Part shown: positions 18,707-29,023 of the stretch, piece by piece
How the letters are laid out: each line of letters begins with the position of its first letter
How positions within the stretch are numbered: position 1 is the first letter of the stretch
NCBI GenBank assembly: GCA_963718525.1
Contig: OY970355.1
Location: 2,016,001 to 2,080,000 of the forward strand
Direction: 5' to 3'
Length of the DNA: 64,000 bases
Source of the DNA: Candidatus Dormiibacterota bacterium
GTDB lineage: Bacteria > Chloroflexota > Dormibacteria > Aeolococcales > Aeolococcaceae
Made by a program: the position numbers and the translations under genes
Notes under the pieces: model-generated
The model's input: the letters and a program-made list of their open reading frames with translations, nothing else
What the model was told of the DNA's origin: nothing
Databases searched by the model: none

Positions 18707-20431
18707 ATGTGCGACACGTGCGGCTGCACGACTGACGTCGACCGCATGTCGGGCGCGGAACATGTCAAGGCGAGCAGCAACCGGCTTCGCGGCACCATCG
18801 CCGCCGAGCTGCACGAGGACACCGCGGTGTTCAGTGACGACGCCGGCGTGATCCTCAAGTTCCACGGCGTGTATCAGCAGGATGATCGTGACCTCCGCAA
18901 GGAGGCGCGCAAGCTCGGTCGCGACAAACACCACATGATGATGATCCGCACCCGGATCCCGGGCGGCGTCGTCAGCCCCGACGCGTATCTCGCTCACGAT
19001 CACATCGCGGGAACGTGGGGGAATGGGACCCTGCGGGTCACGACGCGGCAGGACCTGCAGCTGCACGGTGTGCTCAAGGGCGACCTCAAGCGAGCGATCC
19101 GTGCCATCAACGACGCGCTGCTCACAACGCTGGGCGGATGCGGCGATCAGGAACGCAACATCATGTGCTGCCCGGCGCCGTGGCGCGACCGCCTGCACGG
19201 TGATATCAACCGAACGCTGGCGGCATTGGTGAGCGGGCTCACGCCGACCACGCGAGCATATAGCGAGATCTGGCTCGACGGCGATCTCGCGGCATCGAAT
19301 CAGCCCGACCCGCCGGACACCCTGTACGGCGAGCGGTACCTGCCGCGCAAGTTCAAGACCGCGATCGCCATCGCGGGCGACAACTGCGTCGACGTCTACG
19401 CCAACGACCTTGGGCTGGTCGCGCACACCGACGATGCGGGTGATCTCGCCGGCTTCGACATGCTGGTCGGCGGCGGTCTCGGCCGCACCGCGAACAAGCC
19501 CAACACCTGGCCCGCGGTGGCGCAACCGCTCGGCTACGTGCAGCCCGAAAACGTTGTCGAGGCAGCTCGCGCCGTCGTCTCCGTGCAACGGGACCACGGC
19601 GACCGGACCGATCGTCGCCACGCGCGCCTCAAGTATCTGATCGCCGATCGGGGCATCGACTGGTTCCGCGCTGAGGTGGCTTCCAGGCTGCCATTCGCGC
19701 TCGAACCCTCACATCGCCTGCACTGGAAGTCATCGGAGGATCACCTCGGATGGCATGAGCAGGGTGATGGCAACCATTGCTACGGACTTTTCGTCGAGAA
19801 CGGTCGCATCCACGACACCGAGGTGAGCGGGGTGCGATCCGCGCTGCGCGAGGTGGTCGAGACGCTGCGACCTGAGCTCCGGCTCACGCCCCGGCAGAAC
19901 ATCCTGTTCACCAACCTCACCGACGAGAGCCGCAGCGTGTTCACGGCCATCCTCGACCGCTGGGGGGTTGCCCGCTCAGAGTCGCTCCCGAACGCGATCC
20001 GGCATTCGATGGCGTGCCCCGCATACCCGACGTGCGGTCTTGCGGTCGCGGAGTCCGAACGGGCGATGCCCAGCCTGATCCGCGAGATTGCGCTCGTGCA
20101 GCGAGACGCGGGTGTCGAGGATCAGCGCATCAGCTACCGCATGACCGGCTGTCCCAACGGGTGCACGAGGCCGTATCTGGGCGACGTCGGCTTCGTGGGA
20201 ACCACGCTGGGCAAGTACGACGTGTTCCTCGGGGGTGACTTTGACGGCACGCGTCTCAGCGAGCTCTACATGCACAACGTCAAGCTCGACGAGATCCCCC
20301 GGCTGTTGCGGGGGCCGATGTTCGACTACGCGCGCACGCAGCTTCCCGGTGAAGGCTTCGGCGACTGGTGCAGGCGACAGGGTGTGAGCGAGCTTGCCGA
20401 GCGCCATGCCCTGGTGGAGGTGCCCGCGTGA
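18707..20431 (+). CDS. cysI: Assimilatory sulfite reductase hemoprotein
   Basis: KFHGVYQQDDRD, TTRQ, LPRKFK, ACPAYPTCGLA and TGCPNGC. Confidence 0.93.
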   Translation: MCDTCGCTTDVDRMSGAEHVKASSNRLRGTIAAELHEDTAVFSDDAGVILKFHGVYQQDDRDLRKEARKLGRDKHHMMMIRTRIPGGVVSPDAYLAHDHIAGTWGNGTLRVTTRQDLQLHGVLKGDLKRAIRAINDALLTTLGGCGDQERNIMCCPAPWRDRLHGDINRTLAALVSGLTPTTRAYSEIWLDGDLAASNQPDPPDTLYGERYLPRKFKTAIAIAGDNCVDVYANDLGLVAHTDDAGDLAGFDMLVGGGLGRTANKPNTWPAVAQPLGYVQPENVVEAARAVVSVQRDHGDRTDRRHARLKYLIADRGIDWFRAEVASRLPFALEPSHRLHWKSSEDHLGWHEQGDGNHCYGLFVENGRIHDTEVSGVRSALREVVETLRPELRLTPRQNILFTNLTDESRSVFTAILDRWGVARSESLPNAIRHSMACPAYPTCGLAVAESERAMPSLIREIALVQRDAGVEDQRISYRMTGCPNGCTRPYLGDVGFVGTTLGKYDVFLGGDFDGTRLSELYMHNVKLDEIPRLLRGPMFDYARTQLPGEGFGDWCRRQGVSELAERHALVEVPA

Positions 20432-21168
20432 ACGCGACCGACCTGCAGAACGCGACGGCTGAGGACATCCTCGCGTGGACCTACAGACGGTTCGGTCGCG
20501 TCGCGCTGGTGGCGAGCTTCCAGGCCGAGTCGCTGGTGCTGATCGATCTTGCATGCAAGATCGTGCCGTCGCCCGAGGTGCTCACGCTCGACACCGGACG
20601 GCTGCACGAGGAGACCCACGACTACATCGAGTACGTTCGCTCCCAGTTCCCGATTCGCATGCGCATCCTCGCGCCGGAGGCGAGCGAGCTCGAGGCGATG
20701 ACGGCGGAGCACGGCGACATGCTGTTCCGAAAGTCGGTACCGCTGCGCAACCAGTGCTGCGCCGTACGCAAGGTGAACCCGCTGGCACAGGCACTGCGCG
20801 AGTACGACGCGTGGATCACCGGGCTGCGCCGCGATCAGACCCCGACGCGCGCCGCGACGCCGGTGGTCGCCAGCGATCCCGGGCACGAAGGCATGATCAA
20901 GGTGGTGCCGCTCGCGGCGTGGAGCCGCGACCAGGTATGGGACTACCTCCGCGCCCACGGCATCCGCCAGCACCCGCTGTATGCGCGCGGTTTCATGTCG
21001 ATCGGCTGCGCTCCTTGCACGCGGGCAACACGACCCGGCGAGCAGGAGCGCGCCGGCCGCTGGTGGTGGGAGAGCGACACCCACAAGGAGTGCCTGCTTC
21101 ATCCGCCGCTCGAGGTCACCGGCGCACCCGAGCCTGTGGGAGTGCCGGTACGGCACGGCGCCGTGTGA
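20428..21168 (+). CDS. cysH: APS/PAPS reductase (CC plus CxxC, APS-reductase type)
   Basis: LDTG, CCAVRKV, GLRRDQ, SIGCAPCT, RAGRW and KECLLH. Confidence 0.92.
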   Translation: MNATDLQNATAEDILAWTYRRFGRVALVASFQAESLVLIDLACKIVPSPEVLTLDTGRLHEETHDYIEYVRSQFPIRMRILAPEASELEAMTAEHGDMLFRKSVPLRNQCCAVRKVNPLAQALREYDAWITGLRRDQTPTRAATPVVASDPGHEGMIKVVPLAAWSRDQVWDYLRAHGIRQHPLYARGFMSIGCAPCTRATRPGEQERAGRWWWESDTHKECLLHPPLEVTGAPEPVGVPVRHGAV

Positions 21169-22538
21169 ATGCGACGCCGTACTACCCGATCGTTCTGGAT
21201 CTGCACGAGCGACGTTGTGTGGTGCTCGGCGACACGCCACTCGCGGAGGAGAAAGCGCTAGGCCTTCGCGCCACGGGGGCGACGGTCATCCATCTGCGCC
21301 GCGGGTTCCAACCCGGCGATTTCGCGGGCGCGGACCTGGCCATCGATGCAAGTGACGACCAGGACGGTCAACGCGGCGCTCGTGCCGAGGCGGACCGCGA
21401 GCGCGTGCTCCTCAATGTGGCCGACGTCACCCATCAGTGCGATTGGATCGCTCCCGCCATGATCAAACGCGGCCCGCTGCAGATCGCGATCTCCACATCC
21501 GGTGAGAGTCCGTTTCTCGCCCGCGCGTTGCGCGAACGTCTCGAGACCATGCTCGGGGAGGAGTGGGGGCCATTCACGCGCCTGATGGGGCGAATGCGAC
21601 GCCGGCTCCGTCGTGCGGGGGTCTCGAGCGACGCTCAGCAACGCGCCTACCGGCGGTTGCTTCGGTCTGAGGCATCGGCGATGCTGCGCACGGGGAACGC
21701 GGATGCCGCGTCCGCGCTGGCACTGACGATCGAGCAGAGCGCAGGGGACGCCGAGCACACGCCGCCGACGGGGGAGGTCGTGCTTGCCGGCGCAGGACCG
21801 GGCGATCCGGACCTGCTCACCATGGGCGCGCGAGCCGTCCTCGCCGACGCGGACGTCGTCTTCCACGATGCGCTTGTGGCTCCCGAGGTGTTGCGTCTGT
21901 GCGGGCCACGGGCGCGGTTGATCGACGCCGGCAAGCGCTCGGGCCGGCGTTCCGCGTCGCAAGGGGCCATCAATGACGCGATGATCGCCGCCGCCCGCGC
22001 CGGTGACCTCGTGGTCCGCCTCAAGGGCGGCGATCCATTCCTCTTCGGGCGGGGAGGGGAGGAGGTCGAAGCGCTGCGACGGGCGGGAATCCCCGTGCGG
22101 GTGATCCCCGGCGTGAGCGCGGCGCTCGCCGCCCCGGCCGCTGCCGGGATTCCGGTGACCCATCGCGGCGTCGCCGCGTCAGTCGCGTTCGTGACCGGGC
22201 ATCGGGCCGGAGGAGACGTGAGCCGGCTCGACGCGGTCGCGCGCAGCGTCGACACGCTGGTCGTGCTGATGCCGGCCGAGTTCGAGGCGATCGCCGCGCG
22301 TCTGGCGGAGGTGCTTGGATCCGAGCGTCCAGCGGCGATTATCTCGAAGGCCACGACGCCGGGCCAGCAGGTGGTCCGTGCTCCCATCGGACGAATCGCC
22401 GCGGCTGCGAGCGCAGCTCGAATCGAGCCGCCCTCGACACTTGTGGTGGGAGACGCCGTCAACGTGCTCTCGGACATCGGGATGCTGTCGACGGCGGCGC
22501 AGCAGACCTTCGCAGGAGCGATCGCCTCGGAGCGGTAG
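21165..22538 (+). CDS. cysG: Siroheme synthase (dehydrogenase/chelatase plus uroporphyrinogen-III methyltransferase)
   Basis: IAISTSGESP, GAGPGDPDLLT and RLKGGDPFLFGRGGEE. Confidence 0.92.
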   Translation: MNATPYYPIVLDLHERRCVVLGDTPLAEEKALGLRATGATVIHLRRGFQPGDFAGADLAIDASDDQDGQRGARAEADRERVLLNVADVTHQCDWIAPAMIKRGPLQIAISTSGESPFLARALRERLETMLGEEWGPFTRLMGRMRRRLRRAGVSSDAQQRAYRRLLRSEASAMLRTGNADAASALALTIEQSAGDAEHTPPTGEVVLAGAGPGDPDLLTMGARAVLADADVVFHDALVAPEVLRLCGPRARLIDAGKRSGRRSASQGAINDAMIAAARAGDLVVRLKGGDPFLFGRGGEEVEALRRAGIPVRVIPGVSAALAAPAAAGIPVTHRGVAASVAFVTGHRAGGDVSRLDAVARSVDTLVVLMPAEFEAIAARLAEVLGSERPAAIISKATTPGQQVVRAPIGRIAAAASAARIEPPSTLVVGDAVNVLSDIGMLSTAAQQTFAGAIASER

Positions 22539-22597
22539 CCGCCTCGATCGCGCATCGAGGTCGCGTGCGCGACCCTCGACGCTAGGATGGGGCTCAC

Positions 22598-23389
22598 TTG
22601 TCAACCCAGGTCACCAAGGTATCGCCCGCATCGCTCGCGTCTGCCCCGCATGGCGGTCCCGGGCTCATCGAGCGCATCCTCGATTCGCTCCCCTGGTGGG
22701 CGCTGCCTGCCACGGTCGTCACGGTGCTCGGCCTGTTCGGCCTCTACTCGATCTGGACCGCATTCCTGTCCGGCGGGATCAACCAGAGCGGGCCGTATCT
22801 GTCGCCGTTCTACTCGCCGACGATCTGGAAGACCGGTCCGGTGAGCCCGGCGCTGTGGGTGCTCGGGTCGCCGCTCCTGTTTCGCGCGACCTGCTACTAC
22901 TACCGCAAGGCGTACTACCGCTCGTTCTTCTGGGATCCACCCGCATGCGCTGTGGGGGAGCTGCGGCACCGCAAGTACCGGGGCGAGACGGCCTTCCCGC
23001 TGTTCCTCAACAACCTGCACCGGTTCCTCTTCTACCTGGTGCTGATCGTGACGGGGTTCCTCTGGTACGACGTCTATCTCGCGTTCTGGGCGCCGAACGG
23101 CCACGTGCAGCTGGGCCTCGGGACCGGGATCATGCTCGCGAACGTGATCCTGCTGAGCGGCTACACGTTTGGCTGCCACTCATGGCGGCATCTCGTCGGC
23201 GGTGGACTCGATTGCTACTCCAGGTCAACGCTCGGTCAGGCGCGCTATCGCGCCTGGAGATGGGTGACGGTGCTCAACGCGCGCCACCCGGTGTGGGCCT
23301 GGTTGAGCATGTTCAGCGTCGTGATCACCGACGTGTACATCCATCTCCTGCATGCGGGGATCGTCGTCGATCCGCACGTCGTTTTCTGA
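22598..23389 (+). CDS. Succinate dehydrogenase membrane anchor (mycobacterial Sdh1/Rv0249c-like)
   Basis: Multi-TM protein with YLSPFYSP, FRATCYYYRKAYYRSF, NLHR and GCHSWRH, upstream of sdhA. Confidence 0.85.
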   Translation: MSTQVTKVSPASLASAPHGGPGLIERILDSLPWWALPATVVTVLGLFGLYSIWTAFLSGGINQSGPYLSPFYSPTIWKTGPVSPALWVLGSPLLFRATCYYYRKAYYRSFFWDPPACAVGELRHRKYRGETAFPLFLNNLHRFLFYLVLIVTGFLWYDVYLAFWAPNGHVQLGLGTGIMLANVILLSGYTFGCHSWRHLVGGGLDCYSRSTLGQARYRAWRWVTVLNARHPVWAWLSMFSVVITDVYIHLLHAGIVVDPHVVF

Positions 23390-23390
23390 G

Positions 23391-25226
23391 ATGGCGGCGA
23401 CCCCCGAACCCTACGACACCATCGAATGCGATGTGCTCGTCGTCGGCGCGGGCGGAGCGGGCATGCGCGCCGCGATCGCTGCGGCCGAGGCCGGGTGCAC
23501 CGTCAGGGTCGTGACCAAGTCGCTCCTCGGCAAGGCGCATACGGTGATGGCCGAGGGCGGTATCGCTGCTGGCCTCGGCAATCTCGACCCCGAGGACAGC
23601 TGGGAGGTGCACTTCGCGGACACCATGCTCGGCGGTCAGCTGATCAACAACTGGCGCATGGTCGAGCTCTATGCGCACGAGGTGATCGATCGCGTCCTCG
23701 AGCTGGAGCGATGGGGTGGTATCTTCGATCGAACCGAGGATGGCCGCATCATGCAGCGCGCGTTCGGTGCGCATTCGTGGAGACGGCTCGCTCATGTCGG
23801 CGATCGCACCGGGCTCGAGCTCATCCGGACGTGTCAGGACAAGATGGTGCACACACAAGGGGTGGATGTGTGCATGGAGTACACGCTCACCACGTTGCTC
23901 AAGTCCGGTGACCGGGTGTGCGGTGCCTTTGGTTACAACCGCAACACGGGACGGTTCGTGGCGTTCAAGGCCGGCGCGGTCGTGCTCGCCAGTGGGGGAT
24001 GGGGGCGGATGTTTCGCTACACGTCCAACTCCTGGGAGTGTTCCGGCGATGGCGCAGCGATGGCATACCAAGCCGGCGCCGACCTGCTCGACATGGAGTT
24101 CATGCAGTTCCATCCCACCGGCATGATCTGGCCGCCCGGCGCGCGCGGGATCCTCGTGACCGAGGCGGTGCGCGGTGAAGGGGGGCTGCTCTTCAATGCA
24201 GAAGGGTCGCGCTTCATGCTCGACTACGACCCGGTCAAGAAAGAACTGTCATCGCGCGACGTCGTGGCACGCTCGATCTACAAGGAGGTGCAGGCCGGTC
24301 GCGGCACGCCGCATGGCGGCGCCTACCTAGACGTCCGCCACCTCGGCGCGGACTACGTGAAGCGGAAGCTGCCATCGATGTACGAACAGTTCCATGCGCT
24401 GGCATCCGTCGACATCACGAGCCAACCGATGGAGGTGGGTCCGACTATTCACTACACGATGGGCGGCATCCGTGTCGAGCCCGAGACCGCCGCGACGACG
24501 GTGCCCGGGCTCTATGCAGCCGGCGAGGCTGCCGGCGGCCTGCACGGCGCCAACCGCCTCGGGGGCAATTCGCTCGGCGACATTCTCGTCTTCGGGCGGC
24601 GCGCGGGGGACGCGGCCGCCGAGTTCGCGAAGACCGCGGGGGCGACCCGCATCGTCGACGATGAGCAGATCGCCACCGAGCAGGCGGATCTACTGGAGCC
24701 ACTCGGCGGTGACGCCAACGACGCTGCTGCGGCCGAGAACCCGTACAAATTGCACGAAGACCTGCAACTGGCGATGCAGGATGACGCCGGCATCGGGCGC
24801 AGTGAGGAGTCGCTCCAGCGAGCGCTCGCGGCGATCGTCACGCTCCGCGAGCGGAGCGCGCGCATCCGCGTTGCCGGCGGGCGTACGCTCAACCCCGGAT
24901 GGCACACGTGCCGCGATATCACCAACATGCTGGTGATCTCCGAGGCCATCGTACGAGGCGCGATCGAGCGGCGCGAGAGCCGCGGCTCGCAGTGGCGGTT
25001 CGATCACCTCGAGCAGGAGGTGGAGTACGGGAAGATCAACCTCGTGACCAGGCGCGGGGACGGCGGGATGCAGGTGGTGCGCGTGCCGCTCGATCCGCTG
25101 CCGGAGCGGTTGCGCCCGCTGCTCGAGCGCAGCCGCTTCTACGACCCCGCCAAGGTCCCCAAGGGGTATCTCACCGAGACGGTCGTTGCTGACGCGACCA
25201 CCGGCAAGAAGAGGAAGAACAAGTAG
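23391..25226 (+). CDS. sdhA: Succinate dehydrogenase/fumarate reductase flavoprotein
   Basis: GAGGAG, KAHTVMAEGG, QFHPTG, TEAVRGEGG and HGANRLGGNSL. Confidence 0.95.
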   Translation: MAATPEPYDTIECDVLVVGAGGAGMRAAIAAAEAGCTVRVVTKSLLGKAHTVMAEGGIAAGLGNLDPEDSWEVHFADTMLGGQLINNWRMVELYAHEVIDRVLELERWGGIFDRTEDGRIMQRAFGAHSWRRLAHVGDRTGLELIRTCQDKMVHTQGVDVCMEYTLTTLLKSGDRVCGAFGYNRNTGRFVAFKAGAVVLASGGWGRMFRYTSNSWECSGDGAAMAYQAGADLLDMEFMQFHPTGMIWPPGARGILVTEAVRGEGGLLFNAEGSRFMLDYDPVKKELSSRDVVARSIYKEVQAGRGTPHGGAYLDVRHLGADYVKRKLPSMYEQFHALASVDITSQPMEVGPTIHYTMGGIRVEPETAATTVPGLYAAGEAAGGLHGANRLGGNSLGDILVFGRRAGDAAAEFAKTAGATRIVDDEQIATEQADLLEPLGGDANDAAAAENPYKLHEDLQLAMQDDAGIGRSEESLQRALAAIVTLRERSARIRVAGGRTLNPGWHTCRDITNMLVISEAIVRGAIERRESRGSQWRFDHLEQEVEYGKINLVTRRGDGGMQVVRVPLDPLPERLRPLLERSRFYDPAKVPKGYLTETVVADATTGKKRKNK

Positions 25227-26048
25227 ATGGCAGTCGTGGATTCGGCGGCGCCGACCGTCGACAGCCCGGTTGAGGACGTGCTGACCGCGAGTGGGCTCAC
25301 CGGCGAGACGCTGACGCTCAAGGTGCTCAAGGGCGTCGCCGGCGGTGAGCAGGCCGAGGTCGCGTACCAGGTGCCGGTCGTGACCGGCATGGTGATCCTC
25401 GACGCCGTGCACTACGTTCAGCACAACCTGGACACCGACCTCGCGTGTCGCTGGAACTGCAAGGCAGCGAAGTGCGGCTCGTGCAGCGCCGAGGTCAACG
25501 GCCGCCCGGTGCTGATGTGCAAGACGCGCGTGGACGACCTGCCTGCCGGACCGGTCACCGTGCATCCGCTCAAGTCGTTTCCGCTGATCAAGGACCTGGT
25601 CACCGACGTGTCACGCAACTACGAGGTGAATCGCGAGATTCCCCCGTTCACCGCGGCGCCGGACGACGGCGCGCCCTGGCGCATTCCGCAGCAGGACATC
25701 GACCGCATCTATGAGTTCCGCAAATGCATCGAGTGCTTCCTGTGTCAGGACGTGTGCCACATCATCCGGAGCCATGACTATGCGGATCGCTTCTATGGTC
25801 CGCGCTTCTTCGTGCGCGTCGCGTCGCTGGAGATGCACCCCAAGGACATCCTCGATCGCCGCGAGCAGACGCGCGAACAGGGCGGTCTCGGCTACTGCAA
25901 CATCACCAAGTGCTGCACCGACGTGTGCCCTGAGCACATCCACATCACCGACAACGCGATCATCCCCCTCAAGGAGCGGGTGGCAGATGTCCACTGGGAC
26001 CCAGTCCGTTTCGTGGGACGCAAGCTCCTCGGTCGCAGCGGGGATTGA
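25227..26048 (+). CDS. sdhB: Succinate dehydrogenase iron-sulfur subunit
   Basis: CKAAKCGSC, CIECFLCQDVC and CNITKCCTDVCP. Confidence 0.94.
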   Translation: MAVVDSAAPTVDSPVEDVLTASGLTGETLTLKVLKGVAGGEQAEVAYQVPVVTGMVILDAVHYVQHNLDTDLACRWNCKAAKCGSCSAEVNGRPVLMCKTRVDDLPAGPVTVHPLKSFPLIKDLVTDVSRNYEVNREIPPFTAAPDDGAPWRIPQQDIDRIYEFRKCIECFLCQDVCHIIRSHDYADRFYGPRFFVRVASLEMHPKDILDRREQTREQGGLGYCNITKCCTDVCPEHIHITDNAIIPLKERVADVHWDPVRFVGRKLLGRSGD

Positions 26049-26305
26049 TCGGCGTCATCGTCCTGCTCGGAGTCCTTGTTGCGATGGTCGTCGTGTTCGC
26101 GTGGTTCTATTACTACTCTCGGACGCCGGAGTGGGGTCAGTCGGACACGCGCAAAGCGCTGCTCAACCTGATGGTCGTCGTCGGTCCCATCTTCGGCAAT
26201 CACTACCGGCGCGAGCCACCGGAAGTCCCGAGCGTCTCGGCACCGGGTCCCGACGGTGCTGATGACCGGCCGGTCCGGATCAGTCCGCCCGGGCCGACCG
26301 AGTAG
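26045..26305 (+). CDS. Small single-TM hypothetical protein
   Basis: Hydrophobic N-terminus; TTGA overlap with the sdhB stop. Confidence 0.6.
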   Translation: MIGVIVLLGVLVAMVVVFAWFYYYSRTPEWGQSDTRKALLNLMVVVGPIFGNHYRREPPEVPSVSAPGPDGADDRPVRISPPGPTE

Positions 26306-26316
26306 CATCGACCCGC

Positions 26317-26979
26317 ATGGGGAGGACGATCACCGCCTGCGTGTTCGACATGGACGGGGTGCTCATCGACACCGAGCCGGTGTGGCGTGAGGTCGAGCAC
26401 GATGTGTTTGCCAGGGTCGGCGTCAAGCTGACCGACGCGCAGCTGCGGGAGACCTGGGGGATGCGCATCGAGGAGGTCGTCGACTACCGCTACCGGGTCC
26501 GGCCGTGGAACGGCATCCGGCCGCGCGCCGTCGAGCGGGAGATCATCCGTGAGATGGTCGAACATGTGCGCGCGCATGGTGTTCCCATGCCGGGTGCGGT
26601 CGAGGCAATTCGCACCGCACGCGATGCCGGGCTGCGCGTGGCCATCGCGTCATCGTCGAGCCGTGAGCTGATCAACGCGGTCGTCGAACGGCTGGACATC
26701 GGCGAGCTCGTCGATGCCGTGTGCAGCGCCGATGACGAGGAGCGCGGCAAACCCGATCCGGGCGTGTACATCAGCGCTGCGCGAGCGCTCGACGTGATGC
26801 CGTCCTCATGCGTGGCCATCGAGGATTCGCCCGTGGGGGTGACCGCCGCGATCGCCGCGGGGATGCGTTGCATCGGGTTGCGCTCGGAAGGAGCGCTCGC
26901 CGGCGACATCGGTCACGCACACGTGATCATCGACTCGCTCGTCGAGGTCACGCCGGAGCTGTTGCTCAGCCGATCCTGA
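26317..26979 (+). CDS. HAD phosphatase (YniC/HxpB-like)
   Basis: [22 protein letters not shown] and IEDS. Confidence 0.92.
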   Translation: MGRTITACVFDMDGVLIDTEPVWREVEHDVFARVGVKLTDAQLRETWGMRIEEVVDYRYRVRPWNGIRPRAVEREIIREMVEHVRAHGVPMPGAVEAIRTARDAGLRVAIASSSSRELINAVVERLDIGELVDAVCSADDEERGKPDPGVYISAARALDVMPSSCVAIEDSPVGVTAAIAAGMRCIGLRSEGALAGDIGHAHVIIDSLVEVTPELLLSRS

Positions 26980-27949
26980 TCCCGGTCGTCAACGATTCGA
27001 GGCTGGGGTCGATCTCCTCGCGGCGCGCGTCCATCACCTGCACGACCTGATGCACGGCTTCGGCACTTCGATGGAGGGCGGCACGCTCCTCGTCGGTGAG
27101 CGCAACATCGACCACCTCGATGAGGCCGCCCTCGCCGAGCCTGCAGGGGACGCCGGTGAACAGCCCGGTGATGCCGTATTCACCCTGCAGGTGGACGGTG
27201 CACGGCAGCACCTGGCGCGTGTCGAGCACGATCGTGTCGATCATCTGGGCAACGGCTGCGCTGGGCGCGTAGAAGGCGCTTCCGGTCTTCAGCAGGTTCA
27301 CGATCTCAGCCCCGCCATCGCGAGCACGCTGCACGATGCTCTCGAGACGCTCGGCGGGGATGAGGTCCGCCGCTGGAATGCCGGCAACGGTCGTCAGGCG
27401 GGTGAGGGGAACCATCGTGTCGCCATGTCCGCCGAGCACATAGGCCTGCACGTCGTGCACCGAGGCATCGAGCTCCTGGGCGATGAAGGTGCGATACCGC
27501 GCAGTGTCGAGGACGCCCGCCATGCCGATCACGCGCGAGCGGGGAAAACGCGAGACCGCCATGGACAGCTGGGTCATGCCGTCCACCGGGTTGGCGACCA
27601 CGATCAGGATGCAGTCCGGGGACTGCTCGACCACCTGACGGACCACCCCCGACACGATCTTTGCGTTGGTCATCACCAGGTCGTCACGCGACATCCCCGG
27701 TTTGCGCGGAATCCCACTCGTGATCACCGCGATCTGCGACCCGGCCGTCTCCACGTACCCGTTGGTCCCCGTGACCAAGGAGTCATACCCGACGATCGGC
27801 CCCGACTCGAGCATGTCGAGTGCCTTCCCCTGCGGGAGCCCTTCGACGATGTCCACGAGCACGACATCGGCGTAGTCGCGTTCAGCCACGCGCTGGGCCA
27901 GTGTCGCGCCCACGTTGCCCGCGCCGACCACCGTAATCTTTGTACGCAC
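26966..27949 (-). CDS. mdh: Malate dehydrogenase (LDH-like)
   Basis: [27 protein letters not shown] and GGAEIV. Confidence 0.95.
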   Translation of the reverse strand: MRTKITVVGAGNVGATLAQRVAERDYADVVLVDIVEGLPQGKALDMLESGPIVGYDSLVTGTNGYVETAGSQIAVITSGIPRKPGMSRDDLVMTNAKIVSGVVRQVVEQSPDCILIVVANPVDGMTQLSMAVSRFPRSRVIGMAGVLDTARYRTFIAQELDASVHDVQAYVLGGHGDTMVPLTRLTTVAGIPAADLIPAERLESIVQRARDGGAEIVNLLKTGSAFYAPSAAVAQMIDTIVLDTRQVLPCTVHLQGEYGITGLFTGVPCRLGEGGLIEVVDVALTDEERAALHRSAEAVHQVVQVMDARREEIDPSLESLTTGIRIG

Positions 27950-27970
27950 GGCGGTCGATTCTACGCAGCG

Positions 27971-28140
27971 CGCGCTCAGCGGGGCACACTACCCAAGGCG
28001 GGTGGCATCGTGGGGGGCAGCGCCGGTCGGAGGGTTGGCGCCGAGATGCCCGTTCCCAGAACGCGAGACGCCCGAGCGGTCAGACCAAACCGCAGACCGG
28101 CGAGGGGTCCCCACGATGACAGGACCCGCCTTCGAGCGCG
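27971..28140. repeat. Long imperfect palindromic intergenic element
   Basis: Nested inverted repeats CGCGCTC/GAGCGCG, AAGGCGGGT/ACCCGCCTT, CATCGTGGGG/CCCCACGATG and CGCCGGTC/GACCGGCG. Confidence 0.7.
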
Positions 28141-28185
28141 AACCAGCCCGGGGCCACGTTCGCGCTGCGTAGGATGCGACGGGCG

Positions 28186-28929
28186 ATGGCGACAACGAAA
28201 TCGACCGCGAGGGCGAAGGCCAAGCCGAAGGTGCGCAAGCGGCGCTTGCCCGCTGGGGCGCGGGAGCGGGCTCCGATTGTTGTGGAGCGGCTGAAGCTCG
28301 AGTACGGCGAGGCGCACACCGAGTTGGACTTTGGTAGTCCGTGGCAGCTGCTTGTTTCGGTGATCCTCAGTGCGCAGACGACCGATGTGAATGTGAATTC
28401 GGTGACGCCCGTCCTGTTTGCGCGGTATCCGTCGGTCGAAGCGCTGGCCGCGGCCAGCGAGGAGGATGTTGAGGCGATCATTCACAAGACGGGGTTCTTT
28501 CGCTCCAAGGCGCGGGCGATTCGGGAGATGAGCCAGGACCTGGTGCTGCTCCACCAGGGTGAGGTGCCGTCGCGGATGGAGGACCTCGTGAAGCTTCGCG
28601 GCGTCGGACGCAAAACCGCAAATGTGGTGCTCGGCGTTGCATTCGGGGTCCCCGGGTTCGCCGTCGACACGCATGTGGCGCGGCTGACCAGGCTGCTGCG
28701 GCTCACCGCCGCGACCGACCCCGTCAAGATCGAGGAGGATGTGTGCAGCATCGTCCCGGCCAGTGAATGGACGGGTCTGAGCCTGCGCCTCATCCTGCAC
28801 GGCAGGCGGGTATGCATCGCCAACAAGCCGCGCTGCCACGAATGTGTCCTCTCGGATATCTGCCCGTCAGCGCAGCTCGGCGTGACACCTCGCCCCGCCC
28901 GACAACATCGAGCCGCGACGGCTCGTTAG
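28186..28929 (+). CDS. nth: Endonuclease III
   Basis: LSAQTTD, LRGVGRKTANV, VDTHV and C-x6-C-x2-C-x5-C. Confidence 0.95.
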   Translation: MATTKSTARAKAKPKVRKRRLPAGARERAPIVVERLKLEYGEAHTELDFGSPWQLLVSVILSAQTTDVNVNSVTPVLFARYPSVEALAAASEEDVEAIIHKTGFFRSKARAIREMSQDLVLLHQGEVPSRMEDLVKLRGVGRKTANVVLGVAFGVPGFAVDTHVARLTRLLRLTAATDPVKIEEDVCSIVPASEWTGLSLRLILHGRRVCIANKPRCHECVLSDICPSAQLGVTPRPARQHRAATAR

Positions 28930-29023
28930 ACTCTGGTGGGATGCTCAGGCGCCGGATCGTGAGTCAATCGGTATACGGGGAAGTCGCGAGACCCTCGCAG
29001 CCGGGTACGATGCTGGTATCGCA

